A stretch of DNA of 64,000 nucleotides from Gammaproteobacteria bacterium 54_18_T64 (lineage in GTDB: Bacteria; Pseudomonadota; Gammaproteobacteria; Pseudomonadales; Porticoccaceae): assembly GCA_002162825.1 (NCBI GenBank), contig MAAU01000011.1, forward strand, positions 27,573 through 91,572. The letters run 5' to 3'. Positions 45,539-56,715 of the stretch are shown here, piece by piece (the first letter of the stretch is position 1; each line of letters begins with the position of its first letter). Position numbers and translations under genes: made by a program. The notes under the pieces were generated by a model, which did not search any database, was not told the origin of the DNA, and worked only from the letters and a program-made list of their open reading frames with translations.

Positions 45539-46324
45539 TTAACGAATAATACCGCGCTCGGTATTGTTGATCGAGTCGATAAGCGGCTGTAGTACATCGC
45601 GGTACTCTTCATTGGCAAGAATGCGGGTCATCGCTTCATCAAGTTTTAGGCCCTGACGGTAGAGTATTTTATAGGCCTTATTAATCGCCGATATTTGCGC
45701 CTTGTCAAAACCCCTACGCTCTAGGCCAACCTTGTTAATGGTGCGCGGTTTTGCAGGGTGCCCCGCCGCCATGACATAAGCAGGCAAGTCCTGGTTGAGA
45801 TAGGCACCGGCACCCAGGAAGGCATGGGAACCAATTTTCACAAACTGGTGTATCAAGGTATAACCGGATAGAAAGACCCAGTCGCCAACATGAATATGTC
45901 CTGATATGGAGGCGTTGTTAACCAGAATATTATGGTTGCCGACCACGCAATCGTGGCCCACATGGACATAGGCCATAAATAGATTATCGGAACCGATGCG
46001 GGTTTCGGCGTTATCTTGCACCGTGCCCCGATGCACTGTTACACCTTCGCGGAAGGTATTGTTGTCACCGACGATGAGGTGAGTTTCTTCACCCTGAAAT
46101 TTCATATCGGGTGTATCTTCACCCAGCGTTGAAAACTGAAAGATTGTATTGTTCTTACCGATAACAGTCGGACCTTTCAGTACCACGTGGGAGTGGATCA
46201 CACAGTTATCACCAACCTCCACGTTGGCACCAATGTGGGTCCAGGGGCCAACTTCAACATTTTCGCCGAGCTGTGCAGAGGGGTCTATAATTGCTGCTGG
46301 ATGTATCTTCGTCATAGTTTCCAT
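45539..46324 (-). CDS. lpxA: acyl-ACP--UDP-N-acetylglucosamine O-acyltransferase
   Basis: 261 aa with left-handed beta-helix hexapeptide repeats and a helical C-terminal domain. Confidence 0.95.
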   Translation of the reverse strand: METMTKIHPAAIIDPSAQLGENVEVGPWTHIGANVEVGDNCVIHSHVVLKGPTVIGKNNTIFQFSTLGEDTPDMKFQGEETHLIVGDNNTFREGVTVHRGTVQDNAETRIGSDNLFMAYVHVGHDCVVGNHNILVNNASISGHIHVGDWVFLSGYTLIHQFVKIGSHAFLGAGAYLNQDLPAYVMAAGHPAKPRTINKVGLERRGFDKAQISAINKAYKILYRQGLKLDEAMTRILANEEYRDVLQPLIDSINNTERGIIR

Positions 46325-46367
46325 TTACGGCATGAACAATTAAATTAGGCACTCAGGACGTGCTTTG

Positions 46368-46811
46368 TTACTTGGCGTTATCACCCTGTAGAGCACAGAG
46401 TATAGTTGCGCGACACACCAACTGTCCCTCGACATTGGCACTGCAGTTAAAACGCCAGATATTGCGCTTATTGGAGTCGATCTCTGCCTCAAGCATTAAG
46501 CGGTCACCGGGTACAACCGGACGTTTAAAACGGGCGTTATCGACTCCTGCAAACAAATACAGGGAGTTATCACCTTCCTGTTTATTGACCGAGGCAAAAC
46601 CGAGCAGCCCCGCTGCTTGCGCCATGGCTTCAATGATCATCACCCCGGGGAAAATCTGTCGTTCGGGAAAGTGACCGTTAAACACCTCTTCATTGGCACT
46701 GATATTTTTGTAGGCAAGGATGCGCTTGCCCAATTCTATCTCGATCACACGGTCGACCAATAAAAAGGGATAACGGTGGGGCAGTAATTTTTTTATTTCA
46801 TCAATATCCAT
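46368..46811 (-). CDS. fabZ: 3-hydroxyacyl-ACP dehydratase FabZ
   Basis: 147 aa from the ATG at 46811, with AGGAAG SD upstream. Contains [11 protein letters not shown] and [19 protein letters not shown]. Confidence 0.95.
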   Translation of the reverse strand: MDIDEIKKLLPHRYPFLLVDRVIEIELGKRILAYKNISANEEVFNGHFPERQIFPGVMIIEAMAQAAGLLGFASVNKQEGDNSLYLFAGVDNARFKRPVVPGDRLMLEAEIDSNKRNIWRFNCSANVEGQLVCRATILCALQGDNAK

Positions 46812-46849
46812 GAACTTCCTTCTATCCAATATTTGAGTTCTATAACTGA

Positions 46850-47863
46850 CTATTTTTTTTCAAGTTTCTTGAGACGCCGCGCCATATCATCGAGCTGACC
46901 AAAGCGCACCGCATTCTTGCGCCATTGGGCGGTTTCATACATCAACAAACCGGAAGAATAAGAACCCGCTTTACTGGTCGACTTGGAAATCGTGCAGCGA
47001 GACATCACCACCACACCGTCACCGACAGTGATATGACCGACCGCACCTGCCTGTCCGGCAAAAACACAGTTTTTACCAATTGTCGTACTGCCGGCAATGC
47101 CCGCGTAGGCCGCCATCGCGGTATTCTCACCGATGCGCACGTTGTGGGCGATCTGTACGTGATTGTCGATAATGACGCCATCTTCAATCACGGTATTACC
47201 TAGAGCGCCTCGATCAATCGTTGTACAGGCACCAATCTCAACATTGTCACCAATTTCCACACCCCCTAGCTGGTGGATTTTTATCCACTTGCCAGCCTCG
47301 TTGGCAAAGCCAAAACCATCGGCACCAATCACCGTACCGCTGTGTATCACCACATTGCGACCAATGCTCACGCCGTGATAAATACTGACGTTGCTGAACA
47401 GGCGTGTAGCGCTGCCAATGACACTGTTATTACCTATCGACACACCGGGGCCAATACTGGCGCCAGCCTCAATTTTCACGCCCTCACCAATGGTGGCGTG
47501 GGGGCCGATACTGACGTCAGCGGCCAGCTGCGCCGAAGCGGCGACTACTGCCGTGGGGTGAATTCCCACTTCGCTCTGTGAACTACTATCAAACCAGGCG
47601 CTGATGCGGGCATAGGCGACATAGGGGTTATCGATAATCAGGGCCGTGCCATTAAAGGCCTCGGCAAAGCGTGGATCAAGCAGTACCGCGCTCGCTTGTG
47701 TCGTGTCCAAATAACGCTCATAGGCCTTACTGGCTAGAAAGCTCAGCTCGCCCTCCCCCGCCTGTTCAAGGGTATTCAAGCGCTGTATGAGTAAATCCGG
47801 ATCACCGCGCAGCTCAGCTCCGAGGTGGTCCGCTATTTCTTGCAGACTGAAGGTTAAACTCAT
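46850..47863 (-). CDS. lpxD: UDP-3-O-(3-hydroxyacyl)glucosamine N-acyltransferase
   Basis: 337 aa with hexapeptide repeats and a C-terminal coiled tail. Confidence 0.95.
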   Translation of the reverse strand: MSLTFSLQEIADHLGAELRGDPDLLIQRLNTLEQAGEGELSFLASKAYERYLDTTQASAVLLDPRFAEAFNGTALIIDNPYVAYARISAWFDSSSQSEVGIHPTAVVAASAQLAADVSIGPHATIGEGVKIEAGASIGPGVSIGNNSVIGSATRLFSNVSIYHGVSIGRNVVIHSGTVIGADGFGFANEAGKWIKIHQLGGVEIGDNVEIGACTTIDRGALGNTVIEDGVIIDNHVQIAHNVRIGENTAMAAYAGIAGSTTIGKNCVFAGQAGAVGHITVGDGVVVMSRCTISKSTSKAGSYSSGLLMYETAQWRKNAVRFGQLDDMARRLKKLEKK

Positions 47864-47873
47864 CGAGGTACTT

Positions 47874-48392
47874 TTATCGTGTTTTCTTATTCATGCGATC
47901 GACCAACTTGCCGGTCAAATCCTTATCCGGCGTGGCAGAGATCACCGCCTCGCGCTGTAGTAACAAGGTAATTTTTCCTTCTTCCACCAACTCCTTGATC
48001 GCCTCAAGTGCCTTGGGCTGTAGCTCCTGCATAATTTTATTTTGCAGCTCTTTCACCTCCCCCTGTAACTTGCGAGAGACCAGCTCCATATCGGCACGTA
48101 AATACTCCATCTTTTTCTTATATTCCCCAGCCTGTTCCTGGGACAGAGTCATGGCCTTGCCTTCAACTTCCTTTTGCAGCGCCTTCATGTCGGCACCGAT
48201 ATTGTCGTATTTGGCTTGTAGGGAAGAGAACTCAATACCACTTTGCATTTCATCCTGGCGTTGCTTCGCAATTTCCGTACTAAAAATAGCCCTGGCAACA
48301 TCGATAACCGCGATGTTTTCCTCGGCCACCGCACCCAGGCTTAACATACAAGCCAACACTACAAACAAACGTTTTACACTACTCACATCCAC
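47874..48392 (-). CDS. skp: OmpH/Skp periplasmic chaperone
   Basis: 172 aa with a GTG start and signal peptide. The mature part is Lys/Glu/Gln-rich and coiled. It lies between bamA and lpxD. Confidence 0.85.
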   Translation of the reverse strand: MDVSSVKRLFVVLACMLSLGAVAEENIAVIDVARAIFSTEIAKQRQDEMQSGIEFSSLQAKYDNIGADMKALQKEVEGKAMTLSQEQAGEYKKKMEYLRADMELVSRKLQGEVKELQNKIMQELQPKALEAIKELVEEGKITLLLQREAVISATPDKDLTGKLVDRMNKKTR

Positions 48393-48447
48393 TCTCCATC
48401 AAGGTTATGCCACTTTTAAAACTTACTTATTCTGATTGTTTAGGTGT

Positions 48448-50763
48448 TTAAAACCCCTGACCCAATGAAAACTGGAAAAACTCGGTTTCATCAAATTCAT
48501 TATCATTCATACCCCTGGCAAGAGCGACGGTAATGGGGCCAAAACCGCTCAACCATGTGCCACCGATGCCGATGGAATAACGCAGTTCACCAAGCTCGGG
48601 TTTAAAACAGTTGGCTTGTGTGGGGCTGCAGTCGGTATCAAAAACATTGCCCGCATCAATAAAGAAGGCCGCCTGCACACTGCGGTTATCGGCCATAAAG
48701 GGTACTGGAAAGATCACCTCTGCCGAACCAGTAACTTTGACATTACCACCGAAGGCATCCGAATCATCAAAGCCGGGAAAGGGCGTATCCTGTGGGCCCA
48801 GGGTATTACGCTTAAAACCACGTACGGAACCAAAGCCACCGCCGTAATAATTCTTGAAAAAGGGCAGTCTATCGGTATCACCGAGGCCGATGCCATAGCC
48901 TAAATCCGTCTTCAGGTGCAGGGTTAAGCTGCTAGTCAGGGGGTGGAAATACTGTGCAGCATAACTGAATTTAAGATATTCCATATCCCCCAGCGGGGTA
49001 GAAAATTCAACGCCGGCGCGCTGAGAGGCACCACGGGTGGCCAGTACACCACGGTTAAGGGTTGATTGGCTCCAATTCAAGTTGGTGGTAATCATATTGT
49101 AGTTATCGCCGTTTTCAGCGAGAAACTCCCTGATTTCCTGAGTCGGAAACAAACCGACATCAATTTCCAGCTGCTCGAAGCCAAAGCCCATACTGATTCT
49201 AGAGGTCTCTGACAGCGGGTAACCAAAGGTCACACCCGTATTGAAACTGTCTGTGGTGTAGTCGGCGACATCAAATTCACCGTAGTCCGTGGAGGTAAAG
49301 GAGACGCGATAGCCGGCGCTAATACCGTCCTTGGTGAAATAAGGGTTGTTGAATGACAGCGAGGCACTATCTCGATAAGTACTACTGCTTAGCCCCAGGC
49401 TTACGGAATTACCTGTACCCAAAAAATTGCTCTCGGAAACGTTACCACCGAGAATAAGGCCCGAGCCCTGGGCAACGCCCAGGCTGGCGCCAATACTACC
49501 CGATGGCTGTTCTTCGACGGTATAGAAGACATCGAGCTGATCATTGGTGCCGGGCACCTCCCGAGTCTCCATGTCTACTTGTTTGAAATAGCTGAGGCGC
49601 TCGAGCCGCACCTTTGAATGTTCCAGCAGTCTATTAGAAGCCGAGGCTCCCTCCATCTGGCGCATTTCTCGGCGCAATACCTCATCATCGGTTTTGGTAT
49701 TGCCGCGAAACTCAATGCGTCTTACATAGGAGCGCTTACCGGGGGTCACATAGTAGGTGATTTTTGCCGTCTTCTCTTCGTCGTCGAGTTCGGTATAGCC
49801 CTCAACCTCGGCAAAAGTATAGCCATCGGCCCCAAGACGGCGAATGATGACGTCATTGGTGGACGTCATCAAGGTCTGAGAAAAAGTCATACCTGGACGA
49901 GTCAAAATTAACAGACGCATAAATTCTTCGGGGATGATTAGCTCCCCCGCCAGTTCGACCTCTCCGACGCTATAGATATCACCCTCGCTAATATTAACGG
50001 TGACGAAAACGGCATCTCTGTCGGGACTGATCGCAACTTGTGTGGAATCGATGGCAAATTTAAGATAACCCCGGTCCAGATACCAGGATTCCAGGCGTTC
50101 CAGGTCGCCGGATAATTTCTCACGGGAGTATTTATCGTCACTAAAAATCCACGACAACATCGTGGTGGTTTTTAATTCGAAGAGTTTGAGCACGGTTTCA
50201 TCATCAAATGCACTGTTGCCAACCACATTGATATGCTTGATCGAGGCGACCTGCCCTTCATCAATGGTCAGATTGACCGCCACCCGGTTGCGCGGCAGGA
50301 TTTCAATATCGGAGACCACAGAAGCGCCGTAGCGGCCCTGGCTAACGTACTGGCGGCGTAGCTCCTGGCTCATGCCCTCCAGCACCGTCTGTCGGAAAAT
50401 CTGGCCCTCGGCCAAACCGGCGTCGCGCAAAGCGTTTAACAGGTCCGGAGTTTCAATCGCCTTGTTACCGTCAATATTAATTTCGGCAACAGCGGGTCTC
50501 TCCTCGAGACTGACCACCAGTACATTGCCATCGCGAGCGATGCTAATGTCATTAAAATAACCGCTTTTAAATAGCTCCCTCACCGCCGAGCGAATACCCA
50601 CCTCGTCGATAAGTTCACCGGCATGCACCGGGAGTGAGGTAAAGACGGTCCCCGCGGAGACCCGTTGCAGGCCCTCCAGGCGAATATCCTCAATTTGAAA
50701 TACCTCGGCGGAAGCTAATACTGGGCACAGACAAAACAATAGCGGCAGAAAAAATCGTTTCAT
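48448..50763 (-). CDS. bamA: outer membrane protein assembly factor BamA
   Basis: 771 aa with a signal peptide, POTRA repeats, and a beta-barrel ending FQFSLGQGF. Confidence 0.95.
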   Translation of the reverse strand: MKRFFLPLLFCLCPVLASAEVFQIEDIRLEGLQRVSAGTVFTSLPVHAGELIDEVGIRSAVRELFKSGYFNDISIARDGNVLVVSLEERPAVAEINIDGNKAIETPDLLNALRDAGLAEGQIFRQTVLEGMSQELRRQYVSQGRYGASVVSDIEILPRNRVAVNLTIDEGQVASIKHINVVGNSAFDDETVLKLFELKTTTMLSWIFSDDKYSREKLSGDLERLESWYLDRGYLKFAIDSTQVAISPDRDAVFVTVNISEGDIYSVGEVELAGELIIPEEFMRLLILTRPGMTFSQTLMTSTNDVIIRRLGADGYTFAEVEGYTELDDEEKTAKITYYVTPGKRSYVRRIEFRGNTKTDDEVLRREMRQMEGASASNRLLEHSKVRLERLSYFKQVDMETREVPGTNDQLDVFYTVEEQPSGSIGASLGVAQGSGLILGGNVSESNFLGTGNSVSLGLSSSTYRDSASLSFNNPYFTKDGISAGYRVSFTSTDYGEFDVADYTTDSFNTGVTFGYPLSETSRISMGFGFEQLEIDVGLFPTQEIREFLAENGDNYNMITTNLNWSQSTLNRGVLATRGASQRAGVEFSTPLGDMEYLKFSYAAQYFHPLTSSLTLHLKTDLGYGIGLGDTDRLPFFKNYYGGGFGSVRGFKRNTLGPQDTPFPGFDDSDAFGGNVKVTGSAEVIFPVPFMADNRSVQAAFFIDAGNVFDTDCSPTQANCFKPELGELRYSIGIGGTWLSGFGPITVALARGMNDNEFDETEFFQFSLGQGF

Positions 50764-50805
50764 GGACGCGTAGAATAACTCTTGTTGTTAGTTTAGTTTA
50801 TCGAC

Positions 50806-52158
50806 TCAAAGCCGCAGCAGGTCATTGTATAGTGCCAGCACCATCAAACCAATAATAAAGAACAAGCCAAATTGCTGGCCAACCTCCTGAACCCGCATGG
50901 ACACAGGACTACCCTTTACCGCCTCGACCACATAGTAAAGCAAGTGACCGCCGTCCAACACAGGCACCGGCAACAGATTAAGCACGCCCAGGCTAACACT
51001 GAGCAAGGCCATAAACTGCAGGAAAGCCACTAAACCGTAATCGGCCGACTTACTCGCCACCTTGGCAATGGTGATCGGACCGCTTAAATGCTCGACGGAA
51101 AGTGCACCGCTCAACATCTTACCAATGGAATTAAAGATCATCTGCGTCGTCGACCAGGTCTGTGACAGGCCTTTAACAAAGGCCCCGCCCGGCCCGTAGC
51201 GCGTCTCGCGGAAAAAATCTTCCGGCCACTCCGGCGTCACCACACTCACCCCTACCTGGCCAAAGACCTCGCCCCCCTGCTCTACCCGGCGCGGCGTCAC
51301 GCTAAGCGTCTGGGTCTGTCCGTCGCGCTCGACAAGTGCCGCAATGGTCTGCCCCGGTCGGCTTCGCACATGCTCGACCCAGGCATACCAGTCGACCATG
51401 GCCACGCCATCGGCCGACAGCAGCATGTCACCGCTGAGAAACCCGGCCCGATCCGCCGGACCACCCGGCGTGACGGCATCCACTAGCGGCAATACTGCCG
51501 GCCTGTAAAGTTCGATGCCCAGACTACCAATGGGGTCGGGGACTTTGGCGTCGACCTGCCAACCCACCAGAGAGGCAGCACTGTCGTACTGCAAATTGGA
51601 GTCGGCATAGGAAACAGTAAAGCGAATTTCGCCCTCATCACCAATGCGATGCACCAGGCGCTCGCCGAGTGTTTGCCAGGTGGGCGTCGGCTCACCATCA
51701 ACGGCGAGAATTTCCTGCCCCGCCTCCAATCCCGCGTTCTCGGCAACCGAGCCCGGTGTCACCCCACCAATCACCGGCGCCACACCCTGCACGCCGAGCA
51801 TGTAGATGACCCAGTAGAGCAAAACAGCGAGCAGAAAGTTGGCCAGCGGCCCCGCCGCGACCGTCGCCATGCGCTGCCACACCGTCTTGCGGTTGAAGGC
51901 AAAGGGGATATCGGCGTCAGCGACATTGCCCTCGCGCTCGTCGACCATTTTCACATAGCCACCGAGGGGCAAGGCGGCGATAACAAACTCCGTGTCATGG
52001 CGATCACGCCAACGGAACAGGGGTGTACCGAAACCAATAGAGAAGCGCAGCACCTTGATACCACAGCGTCGAGCGACCCAGAAGTGGCCAAACTCATGAA
52101 AGGACACCAGGACACCCAATACGATGAGGGTATAAAAAACCATTTGTAGGAATGCCAT
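50806..52158 (-). CDS. rseP: RIP zinc metalloprotease RseP
   Basis: 450 aa. HEFGHF zinc motif, tandem PDZ region, and C-terminal LNLLPVPVLDGGH. Confidence 0.95.
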   Translation of the reverse strand: MAFLQMVFYTLIVLGVLVSFHEFGHFWVARRCGIKVLRFSIGFGTPLFRWRDRHDTEFVIAALPLGGYVKMVDEREGNVADADIPFAFNRKTVWQRMATVAAGPLANFLLAVLLYWVIYMLGVQGVAPVIGGVTPGSVAENAGLEAGQEILAVDGEPTPTWQTLGERLVHRIGDEGEIRFTVSYADSNLQYDSAASLVGWQVDAKVPDPIGSLGIELYRPAVLPLVDAVTPGGPADRAGFLSGDMLLSADGVAMVDWYAWVEHVRSRPGQTIAALVERDGQTQTLSVTPRRVEQGGEVFGQVGVSVVTPEWPEDFFRETRYGPGGAFVKGLSQTWSTTQMIFNSIGKMLSGALSVEHLSGPITIAKVASKSADYGLVAFLQFMALLSVSLGVLNLLPVPVLDGGHLLYYVVEAVKGSPVSMRVQEVGQQFGLFFIIGLMVLALYNDLLRL

Positions 52159-52210
52159 AAAACCCGCTCTCGTCTTGTTACGCCTTCACCCAGAATTTGG
52201 GTAGGGCTAT

Positions 52211-52306
52211 CTTACACCTATCTAGACTTACACCTATCTAGACTTACACCTATCTAGACTTACACCTATCTAGACTTACACCTATCTAGACTTACACCTA
52301 TCTAGC
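52211..52306. repeat. perfect 16-bp tandem array (CTTACACCTATCTAGA)x5 plus a sixth copy differing only in its last base
   Basis: Units start at 52211, 52227, 52243, 52259, 52275 and 52291. The sixth unit overlaps the last dxr codons and its TAG stop. Confidence 0.97.
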
Positions 52307-53470
52307 GATCACCTCGCACGCCAGCGCTCGGGCACGCCGATCCGCCTCTTGGACTGCGGCGAGCTCGCGAGGTTCACCCCGCTGCCATGACTGCATGACA
52401 CTGTCGACAACAGCGGCGATGTCTGTAAAGCCAATGGCCTCATTTAAAAAGGCCTCAACCGCCACCTCATTGGCGGCATTCAGCGCCGCCGGGGCATCGC
52501 CCCGACTCTGCGCGGCCTCGCGGGCGAGCCGCAACGCGGGAAAGCGCTGCTCATCCGGCGCCTCAAAATTAAGACTGGCAATGGTGATCAAATCGAGGGA
52601 GCTAACACCGGATTCCATTCTCTGCGGCCAGGCCAGTGCGTGGGCAATAGGCGTGCGCATATCGGGATTGCCGAGCTGGGCCAATACCGAGCCGTCTCGA
52701 TACTCCACCAGAGAATGAATAATACTTTCAGGGTGAATCACAATATCGATGTCACTGGCCGCCACGGCAAATAGCCAGCTGGCCTCAATCAACTCCAGCC
52801 CCTTATTCATCATGGTGGCAGAATCGACGGAAATTTTACGACCCATCACCCAATTAGGGTGGGCACAGGCTTGATCTGGGGTCTTCGCCGCCATGTCCGC
52901 GAGAGGGGTGTTACGAAAGGGGCCGCCCGAGGCCGAAAGTAAAAGACGCCGCACACCGGCCTGTTCGCGCCCGCTGTAATCGGCCGGCAGGCATTGAAAA
53001 ATGGCATTGTGTTCACTGTCGATGGGCAACAAGATCGCCTTTGACTGCGCCACCTCATCCATAAACAACTGCCCCGCCATCACCAGAGCCTCTTTATTCG
53101 CGAGCAAGATTTTTTTACCGGCCTTCACCGCCGCCAGGGTGGGCAGTAAACCCGCCGCACCGACGATGGCCGCCATCACCGTATCAACCTCCGCGTGGGC
53201 GGCAACCGTGGCCAGGCCAGACTCCCCCCAAAGCACCTCAACATCATTACTCACCAGGCTGCGCAAATGTTCGGCGGCGGCTTCAGAACCCAGCACCGCA
53301 TAGCGCGGATGAAATTGCTGGCACTGCTGAGCCAGCTCTACAACGCGCTGATTCGCCGTCAGGGCAAAAACCTGAAACTGCTCCGCGTGCCTGGCGACAA
53401 CATCGAGAGTGCTGACACCAATCGATCCAGTCGAGCCAAGAATTGTAAGGTTTTGTGTAGGCGACTTCAT
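52298..53470 (-). CDS. dxr: 1-deoxy-D-xylulose 5-phosphate reductoisomerase
   Basis: 390 aa from the ATG at 53470 ([18 protein letters not shown]). The 28-codon upstream extension in the track ORF was rejected. Confidence 0.95.
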   Translation of the reverse strand: MKSPTQNLTILGSTGSIGVSTLDVVARHAEQFQVFALTANQRVVELAQQCQQFHPRYAVLGSEAAAEHLRSLVSNDVEVLWGESGLATVAAHAEVDTVMAAIVGAAGLLPTLAAVKAGKKILLANKEALVMAGQLFMDEVAQSKAILLPIDSEHNAIFQCLPADYSGREQAGVRRLLLSASGGPFRNTPLADMAAKTPDQACAHPNWVMGRKISVDSATMMNKGLELIEASWLFAVAASDIDIVIHPESIIHSLVEYRDGSVLAQLGNPDMRTPIAHALAWPQRMESGVSSLDLITIASLNFEAPDEQRFPALRLAREAAQSRGDAPAALNAANEVAVEAFLNEAIGFTDIAAVVDSVMQSWQRGEPRELAAVQEADRRARALACEVIAR

Positions 53471-53564
53471 AACGAGGTTAACTTTCGTCCGCGTGAGTAA
53501 GAGGAAACGGCGATTGAGGGATGTCAGAGCAGCCCCATGACGAGGGCGGCACAAAACTCATAGC

Positions 53565-54404
53565 CTAGAGGCGATTGTACAGCAGGGACAAGCCAAGGCC
53601 GAAGACAGGTAAGGCAGCGGTTAGCCCGTCAATCCGGTCCAGTACACCGCCGTGGCCGGGTAAAATTGTGCCGCTATCTTTGACGCCGCGCTGGCGTTTA
53701 ACCATGCTTTCAAGCAGGTCACCCAATACCGAAGCCAGTCCCGTGACCATGGCCAAAGCCAACCACATACCCAAACGAGAGGCCTCTAGATCCATCACCC
53801 AACCAGTGCCGAGTACCACCATAACAATAGCCAATTGGCCACCCAATAGGCCCTCCCAGGTTTTGCCAGGGCTCACTCTGGGGGCCAGTTTGGTACGCCC
53901 AAAGGCACGGCCGACGAAATAGCCGCCGATATCGGCCAGGGCAACCAGGAGCACAACCGACAATACCAACTGCGGCCCCGCAGCGAGAGAGATAAGGCCC
54001 GCAAGTGCCAGCCACATCGGCAATAAAACCACCAGGCCCATTGTCAAACAGAGCCAACGCCGACCCCAAAGGATGGCGCTACTGGGGTAGGCTTGCACCC
54101 AAAGCACGGCGACGGCCCACCAGGTACAGGCGACGAGTAGCACCGAGCGTGACTTTTCAGCGAAAAGAATGTTCTGCCCATAGCCGAGGTAGGCAGCTAA
54201 ACAGGCACCTAGAACCAATACAGACAACGTGTACAAGCCCCGTGAGCGAGTGCTTTCGAGGCCGGCAAGATGGCTCCATTCCCAGGCAGCATAGCCCAGC
54301 ACCCCGGCCGTCAGAGCAATAAAGCCCAGTGCCGGTAGTGCAAATAAAGCGCCAAGGAAGGCAACTGCCAAAACCACACCGGTTATAACCCTCTGTTTAA
54401 GCAT
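53565..54404 (-). CDS. cdsA: phosphatidate cytidylyltransferase
   Basis: 279 aa, polytopic. C-terminal signature SMVKRQRGVKDSGTILPGHGGVLDRIDG. Confidence 0.92.
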   Translation of the reverse strand: MLKQRVITGVVLAVAFLGALFALPALGFIALTAGVLGYAAWEWSHLAGLESTRSRGLYTLSVLVLGACLAAYLGYGQNILFAEKSRSVLLVACTWWAVAVLWVQAYPSSAILWGRRWLCLTMGLVVLLPMWLALAGLISLAAGPQLVLSVVLLVALADIGGYFVGRAFGRTKLAPRVSPGKTWEGLLGGQLAIVMVVLGTGWVMDLEASRLGMWLALAMVTGLASVLGDLLESMVKRQRGVKDSGTILPGHGGVLDRIDGLTAALPVFGLGLSLLYNRL

Positions 54405-55195
54405 TAAGCTCGGGCTCGATCGCGAGGGGATTCCAACTCACGCTCAGTCACATCAGCTTCCATTTGCTCCTGACTGCAGCCAAACCGACGCTGGCGCTGA
54501 TAGTAGGCGACAGCGGCAGCATCAAAGGCAGCGACATCAAAATCCGGCCAGTAACACTCGGCAAAATAGAGTTCACTGTAGGCCAATTGCCAAAGTAGAA
54601 AATTGCTAATCCTTTGTTCGCCGGCCGTCCTGATACACAGATCCGGTATTGGCAAGTCGTTGAGGCAAAGGTTTTGTTCGAATAGGGTCTCGTCGATATC
54701 ATCTACCGCCAGGCCACCGTCGACAGCTTGCTGCGCCAGCTTGCGGGTGGTGTTGACGATATCCCAGCGACCGCCGTAATCAACCGCCAATACCAGGGTC
54801 ATCTCGCGATTATCGGCGGTTAGCGCCTCCGCATCGGCAATGCGTTTTTGTAGGCGCGAGCTGAAACGACTGCGCTCACCAATCACCCGCAGGCGAACAC
54901 CCTGCTCGTTGAGCGCCTTCGCTTCTTTTTTTATATAACTGGAAAAAAGGCTCATTAAGCCGGTCACTTCCAGGGCTGGTCGTTGCCAATTTTCACTACT
55001 GAAGGCAAATAAGGTAACAACCTCAACCCGGTGACGTCGACAGCTCTCGACGAGGTCTCTAACGCGTTCGGCACCGGCTATATGGCCCTCATGACCCGGT
55101 AAACCCCGAGCCTTCGCCCAGCGATTGTTACCGTCCATAATCACCGCAACATGCCTCAGCGGCTGCGCACTATCACCGGCCAAATTTTCCGCCAT
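54404..55195 (-). CDS. uppS: di-trans,poly-cis-undecaprenyl-diphosphate synthase
   Basis: 263 aa from the ATG at 55195. Contains HVAVIMDGNNRWA and FSSENWQRP. TAATG overlap with cdsA. Confidence 0.95.
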   Translation of the reverse strand: MAENLAGDSAQPLRHVAVIMDGNNRWAKARGLPGHEGHIAGAERVRDLVESCRRHRVEVVTLFAFSSENWQRPALEVTGLMSLFSSYIKKEAKALNEQGVRLRVIGERSRFSSRLQKRIADAEALTADNREMTLVLAVDYGGRWDIVNTTRKLAQQAVDGGLAVDDIDETLFEQNLCLNDLPIPDLCIRTAGEQRISNFLLWQLAYSELYFAECYWPDFDVAAFDAAAVAYYQRQRRFGCSQEQMEADVTERELESPRDRARA

Positions 55196-55287
55196 ATTAT
55201 GTTCCTGGATGTACTTCCGGCTTTTTCCTGAAGAGACCTGGCCGGACACACTGTCCCGGCCAGTCATATCAATATTTCACTTACTGG

Positions 55288-55845
55288 CTAGATTTCCATC
55301 AGATCTTTTTCTTTAACCACCAGCATATCGTCCATTTGCTTGATAAAACGGTCGGTGATTTTTTGTACATCGTCCTGGGCGCGACGCTCTTCATCCTCAG
55401 AAATATCTTTTTCCTTTAATAGCTCTTTGATATCGGAGAGCACATCGCGGCGAATATTGCGCGCCGAAACTCGAGAATTTTCAACTTCTTTGCGGGCCTG
55501 GCGAATAAAACCCTTGCGTGTCTCCTCGGTGAGCGCGGGCATGGGGATGCGTATCACCTCACCGGCACTGGAGGGGTTGAGCCCAAGGCCTGCATTCATA
55601 ATCGCCCGCTCGACATCCTGGACAATATTTTTTTCCCAGGGCGTCACTGTCAGGGTGCGCGCATCGGCAACCGAAATATTCGCCACCTGACTGAGCGGCG
55701 TTTCGCTACCGTAGTAGGAAACCCTAACACCCTCGAGGATGCTTGGGTGAGCGCGGCCGGTGCGCACTTTATTCAGCGCGTGACCCAGGGCCTCCACCGT
55801 TTTACTCATGCGTTGCTGGGCGTCTTCCTTCAATTCATTAATCAT
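55288..55845 (-). CDS. frr: ribosome recycling factor
   Basis: 185 aa, full-length RRF-like sequence. Confidence 0.97.
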   Translation of the reverse strand: MINELKEDAQQRMSKTVEALGHALNKVRTGRAHPSILEGVRVSYYGSETPLSQVANISVADARTLTVTPWEKNIVQDVERAIMNAGLGLNPSSAGEVIRIPMPALTEETRKGFIRQARKEVENSRVSARNIRRDVLSDIKELLKEKDISEDEERRAQDDVQKITDRFIKQMDDMLVVKEKDLMEI

Positions 55846-55891
55846 AATCAGTCATCTCTTTATTGATCATCTTGGCAGCGTCCCAGTGGGT

Positions 55892-56629
55892 TCAGGCTTC
55901 CTCGATCAATGTTCCCTCGTCACCACCCACTACCACATTTAACAATGCACCGGGCTTAGACATTCTAAAAACTCGCACCGGCATAAGGTGTTCGCGGCAC
56001 AGGCAAATCGCCGTCAAATCCATCACTTCCAACTTTTTATCCAACACTTCATCGTAGCTCAAGCGCGAGTACAGTGTCGCATCTGGCACTTTCATGGGGT
56101 CAGCGGAATACACGCCATCCACCTTGGTCGCCTTCAAGACCAACTCAGCATCGATCTCAATACCGCGCAGGCAGGCTGCAGAGTCGGTGGTAAACAGGGG
56201 GTTGCCAGTACCCGCGCTGAAGATAACCACATCACCCGCGGACAAATAGCGCAGAGCGCGACGTCTATCGTAGTGTTCAACCACACCGCTCATGGGAATG
56301 GCCGACATCACTCGCGCCGAAATATTATTGCGGTCGAGGGCATCGCGCATTGCCAGGCCGTTCATCACGGTGGCCAGCATGCCCATGTGATCACCGGTGA
56401 CCCGCTCCATACCCGCAGCACTGAGTGCCGCACCACGAAACAGGTTGCCGCCGCCAATCACCAGACCGACCTGCACGCCAATACCCACTAACTGACCAAT
56501 TTCCAATGCCATGCGGTCGAGTACTTTTGGGTCAATGCCGAAGTTACCTTCGCCCATTAATTCTTCACCGCTGAGCTTGAGAAGAATGCGTTTGTACTTC
56601 TTATCTATGCTCGGGTTGCTCATCGGCAT
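55892..56629 (-). CDS. pyrH: UMP kinase
   Basis: 245 aa. Contains RILLKLSGE and GGGNLFRG. Confidence 0.97.
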   Translation of the reverse strand: MPMSNPSIDKKYKRILLKLSGEELMGEGNFGIDPKVLDRMALEIGQLVGIGVQVGLVIGGGNLFRGAALSAAGMERVTGDHMGMLATVMNGLAMRDALDRNNISARVMSAIPMSGVVEHYDRRRALRYLSAGDVVIFSAGTGNPLFTTDSAACLRGIEIDAELVLKATKVDGVYSADPMKVPDATLYSRLSYDEVLDKKLEVMDLTAICLCREHLMPVRVFRMSKPGALLNVVVGGDEGTLIEEA

Positions 56630-56715
56630 CTTCCATCAAGGTTAAAATCGCGGCGTTATTTTCTCTACCTATTGAGCGTCCTCCGGCCACCCAAGGGCAG
56701 CCGGCGGCAAACGAG

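Noticed and set aside
47893-48435. 180-aa plus-strand ORF antisense to skp
   Set aside because: It is a shadow ORF with a Ser-rich low-complexity translation.
52211-52306. CRISPR array
   Set aside because: The 16-bp units are directly abutting with no spacers, are far shorter than CRISPR repeats, and no cas genes are present.
52298-55267. N-terminal extensions of dxr (to 53554) and uppS (to 55267) in the track ORFs
   Set aside because: The conserved N-termini ([18 protein letters not shown]; MAENL...HVAVIMDGNNRWA) begin at internal ATGs. The extensions overlap the upstream genes' 3' ends.
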